From: Escherichia coli | Lineage (GTDB): Bacteria; Pseudomonadota; Gammaproteobacteria; Enterobacterales; Enterobacteriaceae | Length of the DNA stretch: 64,000 nucleotides | Assembly (NCBI RefSeq): GCF_022846255.1 | Contig: NZ_AP025682.1 | Strand: one strand, 5' to 3' | Shown here: in pieces, positions 39,333-47,197 of the stretch | Position numbering within the stretch: the first letter of the stretch is position 1 | How the letters are laid out: each line of letters starts with the position of its first letter | The notes under the pieces: model-generated | Database searches by the model: none | What the model was told of the DNA's origin: nothing | What the model saw: the letters and a program-made list of their open reading frames with translations, nothing else | Translations under genes and position numbers: made by a program

Positions 39333-40099
39333 GGGATGAAGATGAGATGATTCGCAGGCCTGGGTAATAGTTGGAAAACAACGTCCGTTCCTGGCACAGA
39401 GCAGACCATCGGACTAAACTGAAGGTCCTCTCTGTGCGAGAAACGGAAGTTAGCAATTGTGATACAGACGTGGGGCATTACTCGCTTTACAGTGTGTTAA
39501 TCAATTGGAAACAGGTCAGAATTTATTGGGTGGAATGACACCTTTAAACTTCTTGCGCATCGCAAGGAATATCTCCACCAGACGGTAAGACAGTAGATTG
39601 CGCCACAAGTCCTCAGAATGCCCTTTGCTGGGTTAACCACACGTCGTAATCATCCTTCCAGTGCAGCGGATCAAGATCCGTAATGCTCATAGTCACGCGA
39701 TTTCAAATACAAGCCCAGTGGTGTTATCCGTGAGCTGGACAGTGCTTCCGGCAACATGACTGAGACAGACAAAAAATCAGTTAGTACAGCATTGACTCAG
39801 GTTGAGCAGGAGTTAAAACAAACTGGGCTGGAGCAGTAGAAGCCTGCAGTGAATTCCCTGAATCAGGCGATTAAGTTGGCTTAAGAGTCCGTGTATGCCA
39901 TGTGCCGCGAGATGTCGTGCTATACGTGAAAGTCAGCGATATATATCGTTTTGAAGATGATTTAGGTTACGGGAGTGTCTCTGGGTGATGTATTACTTCA
40001 TCGACATCGGCTACGCACGGGTTGCCGCGATGCAGCGGATGGAAGCTGTCTGGGAAAAGAAAGCTCCGCTTGCTAATATTAGTACATCCGATGAAAAAT

Positions 40100-42797
40100 C
40101 GTGTGTGAAAGTTGCAGATTCGTAATATACTAATGAAGAATGGAGATGTATTTTATATAATAAAAACATCTAAGTAGAGCTTTTTATTTTAAATCCTTCA
40201 TTATTACTGGAGATTTTATGGGTTTTTATAATGACGCACTGAGTAAAATATATAGTGAAGATGATGATTTCCTAATTATAGGATTAACAGGGAGGACGGG
40301 GTCAGGCTGTTCAACAGTTTCTAATATACTGTCATCAGAATCAAGTGAGATAAAGCATTCTCTATTTAACGGTGATTACCCTAAGTCGAATGAAGAAAGA
40401 AAAGAGCGGGTTCTATTTAAATATTTTTCCGTGTCATGGGTTCCATTTATAAAGATACAAGCAAGTTCCATACTGACATTGTGTTTATCAAAGGACTTTG
40501 ATGGTAAGCTGAATAAATTTATTCGGGAAGTGACGGAGTTAGGTAATGACCAAAGAATCCTAGAGTCAACAGTTAATGATCTTGAATCTATACTAAAAGA
40601 AATTAAAGCTAAAGATGAAAGCTCTGATCATGATATAGATGATAAGATAAAATTCATAAATGAATATCTAATAAAAGCGAATACACAAATTAAATCCATA
40701 TTTAAGAACAAGGCTGACTATATAAAACTATATCAAGCTATAGGTAATAATTATAGATCTAGTGGGATGTACCATGACAGTTCATTTAGTGATGATTTCC
40801 ATGGTTTTTTTCTTCCTAAAAAAATAAATGATATAATTCAAAGATTAAGAACCTTAGCAAAAGAAAAGAACACAAAAACTGGAGAAAAGAAACCTATTTA
40901 TATAGTTATTGATGCTATAAGAAATCCGTTCGAAGCAACATACTTCCAAGATAGATACTCATCATTTTATTTAATGGCTGTTTCTACAGAAGAGCATTAC
41001 AGGCATCAAAGGCTTAGAGAACAAGGTTTAACTGATGCTGAGATAAAAGATATTGATGCAAAAGAATACCGTAAATCATCTTTGGATGAGAAGTCATCAT
41101 ATATATATCAGAATATACAGTCTTGTTTAGAAATATCAGACATCTATGTTGAGAATCCGGAAGAGGAAAATGTTGTTTGTCGGTACTCAGGATTGGCTAA
41201 TCAATTAATTAAATTCACTTCATTAATGAAGCGTCCCGGTATAATAACTCCATCAAATGTTGAACGTTGCATGCAGATAGCATATACAGCTAAGTTGAAC
41301 TCTGGTTGTATATCCAGGCAGGTAGGCGCTGCAGTATCTGATAGTTCATTTTCAATTAAGTCTATTGGTTGGAATGATGTACCAAGTGGTCAAGTTCCTT
41401 GCTCTTTAAGGGATAGGTTTGATTTGTCTGAGGGGATTGATGATATTGCTTACTCTGAATTCGAAAAGAACGAAAATAGTTTCATTCGAAAAATAGATAG
41501 CACTAAGATTATTTTTTTAGATGTTAAAAATAAAGGAATGAGAGCTCCATTTTGTTTTAAAACAGAATGGAATAATATCCTTGATGATAAATACAAAGAA
41601 GATCTACGGGTCGAGCATAAGTTAAATGATGATGAGTTTGCTATTATTGACAAAATAAAGTCTAACGCTAATCAAGTTTTTACAAGATCACTTCATGCTG
41701 AAGAGAATGCTTTCTTACAAATATCTAAGTATGGTGGCGTTGGTATACAGAATGGTTTTTTGTTCACAACAGCAAGCCCTTGTGAATTATGTTCTAAAAA
41801 AGCGTATCAATTAGGGATCAAACAAATATATTACATAGATCCATACCCTGGTATAGCAATGAGGAATATTTTAAACGCAGGGAGCAATAAACCATTGCTT
41901 AAGCTTTTCAATGGTGCAATAGGTAAGGCATTCCATAATTTTTACACGCCAAGAATGGCTTATAAAGATGAGCTTTCAGCAAGATCTAGGGGGTGAAAAT
42001 ATTGATACAGGTAAAGGCAACGAACCAGAAATGCTCGAGACTATTCTGGCTAAGTCTGCCGGGCGATAAGCACGAGTGCATATGCTGTTCCAAAAGTCTT
42101 CTATTCAATAAATTACGAAGTGCTAACTAACTGACCATGTACAATAAGAACAAATCGCCTTGAATTGCTCTTGATTGAATGGTGAAGAATTATGAGGGTG
42201 ATAGTCCTTACCACCCTCAATTAAAATTAAAGGTATTTACGTGAGAAATTTTTCTTAACCACACTACTAATAAAACTATTTAGTCCATGCCCATCCTGGG
42301 CTAGCGCTTTCATCTTAGAGACCGTTGAAGCACCCAGTTTTGTAGAATCGTAACGTATTTCCATCCATCTTTAAACTGTACTGTGATAACATCGGGAGTA
42401 ATCTCATAAAACACTATTCCCGAATTACCGCCTTAATTAGCATAAGTTGGCATTTTTAATTCTTATTAAATTATTGCAGCAAGTCGCTGCACTCTAGTCA
42501 TATGACCCCATGCTAAACCTAATTGTTGAGCTAAGTCATAATTTCGATTATTTGATGAACGTAAGTTATTTGACAGGCAGAATTAACCATACACAGTAAT
42601 ATCCGTTTCTGGCACATAGCAGTCCTATAGATAGTGGCATACAGTCATAGATGGTCGATTGGAGGAGGTGCAAATTCTCCCATACAAAAAATACGTAAAA
42701 TCAATAACAGCTGGAAATTATTTAATAATCAAATTATCGGAAGTTCACCAGCCAGCCGCAGTATTCTGCCACGACAAGTTGCTGCGGCTTTTTATGT
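40100..42797. mobile_element. AT-rich accessory insertion (moron / b-region-like) between the core accessory genes and the prophage tail-fibre end
   Basis: Composition is visibly more AT-rich than both flanks. It holds a single long ORF with AT-biased K/N/I/D-rich codons and no other ORF of 60 aa or more, and it is bounded on the right by a terminator and the prophage gene at 42798. Confidence 0.6.
40218..41996 (+). CDS. P-loop nucleotide kinase-like domain fused to dCMP/cytidine deaminase domain (AvcD/DCD-family-like candidate anti-phage deaminase)
   Basis: 592 aa. The N-terminus carries a Walker A-like GLTGRTGSGCST (residues 22-33) and a CoaE/nucleotide-kinase-like hhhhD motif, IYIVIDAIRNPFE (around 230). 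The C-terminus carries a CDA-fold zinc-binding signature, RQVGAAV ... HAEENAF (H493-A-E495) ... PCELC (C522, C525). An RBS, GGAG, lies 7 nt upstream of the ATG. Confidence 0.75.
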   Translation: MGFYNDALSKIYSEDDDFLIIGLTGRTGSGCSTVSNILSSESSEIKHSLFNGDYPKSNEERKERVLFKYFSVSWVPFIKIQASSILTLCLSKDFDGKLNKFIREVTELGNDQRILESTVNDLESILKEIKAKDESSDHDIDDKIKFINEYLIKANTQIKSIFKNKADYIKLYQAIGNNYRSSGMYHDSSFSDDFHGFFLPKKINDIIQRLRTLAKEKNTKTGEKKPIYIVIDAIRNPFEATYFQDRYSSFYLMAVSTEEHYRHQRLREQGLTDAEIKDIDAKEYRKSSLDEKSSYIYQNIQSCLEISDIYVENPEEENVVCRYSGLANQLIKFTSLMKRPGIITPSNVERCMQIAYTAKLNSGCISRQVGAAVSDSSFSIKSIGWNDVPSGQVPCSLRDRFDLSEGIDDIAYSEFEKNENSFIRKIDSTKIIFLDVKNKGMRAPFCFKTEWNNILDDKYKEDLRVEHKLNDDEFAIIDKIKSNANQVFTRSLHAEENAFLQISKYGGVGIQNGFLFTTASPCELCSKKAYQLGIKQIYYIDPYPGIAMRNILNAGSNKPLLKLFNGAIGKAFHNFYTPRMAYKDELSARSRG

Positions 42798-42799
42798 TT
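42755..42799 (+). terminator. Rho-independent terminator at the right edge of the AT-rich segment
   Basis: GCCGCAG ... CTGCGGC stem followed by TTTTTATGTTT on the + strand; no matching T-run on the minus strand. Confidence 0.55.
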
Positions 42800-43109
42800 A
42801 ACGGATAAACAGCCAGACCAGCAGACACGCCACCGCGGGCACCGCAAAATCCATCAGACTTGCCACATCCCATGCACGAGGATCAAAACCGCCCCACCAC
42901 GGCATGTTAATCCGCTTGCCATGCCCGAACATTTCAATCCAGCGATATTCTGCCTGGGTGTGTTCACGCGCAATGAAGAACGTACAACCGGCTATCGCCC
43001 CGTAAGCCCAGTTTCCGGTAAAAAGACCAATCAGTAGCTGCGCAGCCACAGCACAAAGTGCATGAAGGAAAGGTGTTATATCCATTACTCCTCCTTTATC
43101 AGATATCAC
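42798..43109 (-). CDS. Small inner-membrane protein (prophage moron-like, last gene of the late operon)
   Basis: 103 aa with two hydrophobic helices, overlapping the upstream gene by 11 nt. Confidence 0.5.
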   Translation of the reverse strand: MISDKGGVMDITPFLHALCAVAAQLLIGLFTGNWAYGAIAGCTFFIAREHTQAEYRWIEMFGHGKRINMPWWGGFDPRAWDVASLMDFAVPAVACLLVWLFIR

Positions 43110-43800
43110 TTCGGGAAGTTGATAACAACTTTAATTCTGACTCAAGTTCATCAACTCTTTCAGTCAGTTTCTGGATATGGTGAATCAGTGGAACAACCAG
43201 ACGTTCGTACATTACACCTTCGACAACAAGGCCATTGCTGGAAATAGCTTCAGGAGCATCATCTTCGTTAGCTGGTCGCCAGTGTACAAACTGAGGAGCA
43301 ATTTCTCCCACTTCCTCGGCAATCAATCCGTAGAATCCCCAGTCACTCCTGTCATTTTCGCATTGCGACCTGTACCACACAGGGCGCATCCTGAAAATGA
43401 GATCGGCGTGCTCTGAATCTATTGTCTCTACTGAATGTTTATAGCGAATAGACGATGTTGACCGCAGTACAGACGAAATTGCAGGGTCAGGATTAAGATA
43501 AAGATTTGCCGCCGCTGTAGTCGTGCCCAATTCCCATAAATAAAACGCTTCACGGCCAGTCAGCGGGTAAAAATCTCCACCATAACGACCGCTTTCCAGA
43601 TCGTTCACTTCCAGTTTGTTTTTCAGCTTATTATCAACTTCAGTTTTTGTGTATCTGGTGCTGATATCCTGCTTTGCACTGGTCATATCAGTCTGAAGCG
43701 TTGATACTTTTCCGTTAATTGAGGAAATATCTTCCTTAGTTTTACTGACATCTCCCTTTAGCGTGGTGATATCTCCTGGAATTACTGTCGATGTAGCCAT
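43099..43800 (-). CDS. Tail-fibre-associated protein with a C-terminal peptidase-S74 intramolecular-chaperone domain (Tfa position)
   Basis: 233 aa with an N-terminal coiled coil (repeated ...KxDISS/T...), then an S74 Ser-Lys motif SSIRYK and GLIAEEV (compare SDxRxK / GFIAQEV in T5 pb1 and the K1F endosialidase C-terminal domains). Confidence 0.65.
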   Translation of the reverse strand: MATSTVIPGDITTLKGDVSKTKEDISSINGKVSTLQTDMTSAKQDISTRYTKTEVDNKLKNKLEVNDLESGRYGGDFYPLTGREAFYLWELGTTTAAANLYLNPDPAISSVLRSTSSIRYKHSVETIDSEHADLIFRMRPVWYRSQCENDRSDWGFYGLIAEEVGEIAPQFVHWRPANEDDAPEAISSNGLVVEGVMYERLVVPLIHHIQKLTERVDELESELKLLSTSRSDI

Positions 43801-43809
43801 TTGTCTCCC

Positions 43810-44091
43810 TCACATCCAGCCACGAAGTTGATGCTCAACAACAACCGCATATTTATCGAATATTGACGATTTTTTTGCATCATTAATGATGCGCACGTTT
43901 ACAAAATATCCGTCTTCCTTAACACATACCGGTTCGCCATCTTCAGTCAGTTCTCCGGTTTCTTTGTACACGTTACCTATCACGTCAATAAGAATATTAT
44001 CCTGCATCGACTCGTCATCATAATAGCCAGTGCTCTCCATAAAGGCCGAAAAGTCGGCCCTGTCTGCAAATTTGAGTGTTAAATCTTTCAT
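43810..44091 (-). CDS. Hypothetical acidic small protein between stf and the S74 protein
   Basis: 93-aa ORF, start codon overlaps the stf stop. Confidence 0.4.
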   Translation of the reverse strand: MKDLTLKFADRADFSAFMESTGYYDDESMQDNILIDVIGNVYKETGELTEDGEPVCVKEDGYFVNVRIINDAKKSSIFDKYAVVVEHQLRGWM

Positions 44092-46472
44092 TAGATTGAC
44101 TCCCCCACCTGAGCATCAGTCAATGCCTTGTGCCATATTCTGAAATTCCTGACATGACCAAATAAATGACGTAACCCGGCAGTAGTCTGGCCTCCAATAC
44201 GGATAATTGCGGTGTTCTGAATACAGGACCATGTGGTTTTTGTTTCGCTGGATATACGCCCGTTACTTACTGAGCACGTAGACTGATCTGACTTTACACG
44301 CATCCCCATAACCATTTTTTCAAGCGATGCGTTTTCGTTTACCCGTCTGTTAGCTCCTCCAATATCGCAATAAGGAAATCCGTCGTAATCTGTTGAACGA
44401 CCGAAGCCAAGAATAATAGCCGCTCCGGTTTGATGACCGCCGGTGTCAAAAACACGCGGAGCTGCATTTGGCGTTTTATACCAGTTCTTATGTACCTCAC
44501 AAAGAACCGTAAAAGGAAGATTATAAAGATTATTCTTAATGGGAACTGTAACTATATCGCTTGCGCGGGTCGCCGCCGTCGTTCCTGATATAATAAAAGA
44601 TGATACACAAGGCCCATTTTCTACTTGTGGGGTGGCCAGATAAATATAGTCACCAGATACGGTTGCCCCGCCCTGCTTAGGAGAATACTGTATCTGAGAA
44701 CCTATTTTTAACTCCCCATCAATTGCCTGAATTGTTGCCTCTGCAAAAATCCATCCGGTAGCTTCGTCCTTTCTGACTCTCGCAGTAATCCTTGAGGCAG
44801 CACCGCCTGTCATATTAATTTCAAGCGTTTGTGTATCAATATACGCATCACCAAGAAAAGTTGTTGCGCTACCGTCATATTTATCAAACCGGATACGCAA
44901 CCTTACCTGCAGTTCTGTTTTAAAACGACATGAGGTTGTCACGTGTTTATTATCGCCTGAGACATCAACTGACTTTGTTGCAGCAATTGATGCCATATTA
45001 ATGGCTGAGGTTTGCCCAATCAGAGAATCGTTGCAGACAAACTTTCCATAGGTAAAACCAAAACTATCCGTCCCTGTTTCGGGCACATCCATATTTGACG
45101 ATCGCCCCCAACTGGCAGGGTTTTCCGAATTGAGCATGTAGTTTGTTCTTTGCCCCTCAATAAGCAGGCCATCACGTTCAAACCGTGGCTCGTCAATGGC
45201 AGCCTCTGTCAGCACACCAGATTTATTAATGTAAGTTGCTTTTGATGCGCGTTTAAACTTTACAACCTTATCGCCAGGCATCGTTATTTCATCATCACCA
45301 ATAACAATCTTTTTATATGACGGCGAAAAGCCCGTAATCATATCCAGTGAATCGTTAAACGGTATCCACACATCGGGAAGCGGCTGCAATACTTGTTTAT
45401 ACGGCTCCGCAGCCTGGCTTGCATACTCTCTGGCTGCGTCTTCACTTGCTTTTGCAGCCGTCTGGCTTGCAGCGGATGCTTTCGCCGAGTTAGCCGCCGC
45501 AGTCTCGCTCGCCTTTGCGTTGGTTTCACTGGTTTTTGCAGCTTTTTGACTGTTGGCTGATGCAGTGGCAGAAGCAGCCGCCGCGCTTGCAGAGCCAGCT
45601 GCAGCACTCTCGCTTTCGGCTGCTGCATCCTGACTGCTTTTCGCCGCAGTTTCACTGGCTTTGGCATTCGTTTCGCTGGTTTTCGCTGCCGTCTGGCTGG
45701 ACTTTGCGTTGGTTTCGCTGGTTTTTGCAGCTTTTTGACTGTTGGCTGATGCAGTGGCAGAAGAAGCCGCCGCACTTGCAGAACCAGCTGCAGCACTCTC
45801 GCTTTCGGCTGCTGCATCCTGACTGCTTTTCGCCGCAGTTTCACTGGCTTTGGCATTCGTTTCGCTGGTTTTCGCTGCCGTCTGGCTGGACTTTGCGTTG
45901 GTTTCGCTCGTCTTTGCGGCTGTCTCGCTGTTTTTCGCATTGGTTTCTGATTTTTTGGCTGCTGTCGCGGAGTTTGCCGATGCAGTCTGTGAGGTCGCTG
46001 CCGCCTGTGCGCTGTTAGCTGCATTCGTTTCTGAGGTTTTCGCCGCGTTCTTCGATGATGCCGCTGCAGTTTCGGATTTCTTTGCCGCCGCTGCGCTCTG
46101 AGAGGCGGCTTCGGCGTTGCGTGCCGCTTCTTCCACCATTTCCTGAAAACGGCGCAATGCCTCCGGCATGACATCATCTTCCGTCATGGCACCGAGAAAA
46201 TCATTCAGCGTCCCCGGACTGGAACCTTCATAGACGGTAATGGTCCCAACATGTGATGGCTGAGAACCCTCAATCCACAGGATGACGCTGTACTGACCAT
46301 ACTCAACGTCCATACTGTAACGCCCGGCTTCATCAGGATTTTCAGAGGTCACCGTGTTCACCAATACCGTGGTGCTGTTACGCTTTGCCTTCAGTTGAAT
46401 AGTGCAGTTCTGTATTGGTTTTCCCGCACCATCTTTCAGCACACCTGAGATTTTTACTGCTGCCATATCCAC
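44091..46472 (-). CDS. stf: Side tail fibre Stf with collagen/Ala-Ser-rich tandem repeats and a LamG/ConA-like C-terminal domain
   Basis: 793 aa. The N-terminus matches lambda Stf (KISGVLKDGAGKPIQNCTIQLKA...GRYSMDVEYGQYSV). The centre has in-frame 65-aa repeats (KTSETNAKSSQTAAKTSETNAKASETAAKSSQDAAAESESAAAGSASAAA...). The C-terminus has LamG-like motifs (RHLFGHVRNFRIWHKALTDAQV). Confidence 0.85.
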   Translation of the reverse strand: MDMAAVKISGVLKDGAGKPIQNCTIQLKAKRNSTTVLVNTVTSENPDEAGRYSMDVEYGQYSVILWIEGSQPSHVGTITVYEGSSPGTLNDFLGAMTEDDVMPEALRRFQEMVEEAARNAEAASQSAAAAKKSETAAASSKNAAKTSETNAANSAQAAATSQTASANSATAAKKSETNAKNSETAAKTSETNAKSSQTAAKTSETNAKASETAAKSSQDAAAESESAAAGSASAAASSATASANSQKAAKTSETNAKSSQTAAKTSETNAKASETAAKSSQDAAAESESAAAGSASAAAASATASANSQKAAKTSETNAKASETAAANSAKASAASQTAAKASEDAAREYASQAAEPYKQVLQPLPDVWIPFNDSLDMITGFSPSYKKIVIGDDEITMPGDKVVKFKRASKATYINKSGVLTEAAIDEPRFERDGLLIEGQRTNYMLNSENPASWGRSSNMDVPETGTDSFGFTYGKFVCNDSLIGQTSAINMASIAATKSVDVSGDNKHVTTSCRFKTELQVRLRIRFDKYDGSATTFLGDAYIDTQTLEINMTGGAASRITARVRKDEATGWIFAEATIQAIDGELKIGSQIQYSPKQGGATVSGDYIYLATPQVENGPCVSSFIISGTTAATRASDIVTVPIKNNLYNLPFTVLCEVHKNWYKTPNAAPRVFDTGGHQTGAAIILGFGRSTDYDGFPYCDIGGANRRVNENASLEKMVMGMRVKSDQSTCSVSNGRISSETKTTWSCIQNTAIIRIGGQTTAGLRHLFGHVRNFRIWHKALTDAQVGESI
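45516..45906. repeat. 195-bp near-perfect tandem direct repeat (x2, with flanking partial copies) inside stf
   Basis: The units 45516-45710 and 45711-45905 differ at only a few positions and are in frame (65 aa). Confidence 0.8.
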
Positions 46473-46530
46473 TCCACAAAAAAGCCCGCCTGAACCGGCG
46501 GGCTGTCATAACACTGTGTTACCTGGCTAA

Positions 46531-47130
46531 TCAGAACTTATAACCGACACCCACGATGAAACCGTCAGTGCGCCAGTCGCCACTGCCGGAGCCTTCATAA
46601 GCAATATCAATGGCCACGGATTCGGTCGGGTTAAACTGCACGCCAGCTCCCCACGCCAGAGACGTGTTGCTGTGGCGATCGTCATCACTTCCGGTCAGCA
46701 CATCGTGCGTTTTCCCCTTGTTGTCAGTTACGCGGAGATAATCCCCGGAGAACGTCGAAACACGGCTGTAAGCCACACCTGCCATCGCATAAGCACTGAA
46801 CCATTCATTCACGCGTACAGATGGCCCCGCCATCATGCTGAACCAGCGGTTACGCACTGAATCTTCATGCCAGCGGGTATCGCTGTAATGCGTTTTTTGC
46901 TCATCTTTGGCATTGGCATAACTGAATGACGTCACCAGCCCCAGCGTGTCCGTAAACTCATAACGGTATTTCACGTTAATCCCGTTCAGATCATCGCTGC
47001 CTGGCATATCAGTATGGGTCTGAAGATACCCGGCGCTTAGTGTGGACTGATGCTCTGCTGCGCTTGCTGGCGTACCAGCGGCAACCAGCCAGACTACTGC
47101 GGACAGAATAACAGCACATAATTTACGCAT
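46531..47130 (-). CDS. lom: Outer-membrane protein Lom (Ail/OmpX family)
   Basis: 199-aa ORF with a signal peptide and beta-barrel character, in the lambda lom position. Confidence 0.85.
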   Translation of the reverse strand: MRKLCAVILSAVVWLVAAGTPASAAEHQSTLSAGYLQTHTDMPGSDDLNGINVKYRYEFTDTLGLVTSFSYANAKDEQKTHYSDTRWHEDSVRNRWFSMMAGPSVRVNEWFSAYAMAGVAYSRVSTFSGDYLRVTDNKGKTHDVLTGSDDDRHSNTSLAWGAGVQFNPTESVAIDIAYEGSGSGDWRTDGFIVGVGYKF

Positions 47131-47197
47131 AATTACCTCTCGCTTTTCTGCAATAAAAAAGGCGTCATTTCTGACGCCCGTATTGGGGTTATAAAAT

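Noticed and set aside
41450-41653. 67-aa minus-strand ORF inside the deaminase gene
   Set aside because: It is antisense within an AT-rich gene; such regions generate chance ORFs, and it has no RBS.
40218-41996. Alternative reading as a housekeeping dCMP deaminase or dephospho-CoA kinase
   Set aside because: Housekeeping versions are separate small proteins with core-like composition. This is a 592-aa fusion with foreign AT-rich composition in a prophage moron slot, and its Walker A lacks the canonical Lys.
45516-45906. Possible CRISPR-like array (regularly spaced repeats)
   Set aside because: The repeats are directly adjacent with no spacers. They are 195 bp long and lie in frame inside a tail-fibre gene. 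No cas genes are present.
45338-46177. 279-aa Arg/Lys/Gln-rich ORF, plus 167-aa and 83-aa ORFs on the + strand, overlapping stf
   Set aside because: These are alternate-frame or antisense readings through the 195-bp tandem repeats of stf. Their low-complexity, repeat-driven composition is typical of spurious ORFs, and the in-frame Stf reading has clear lambda Stf homology.
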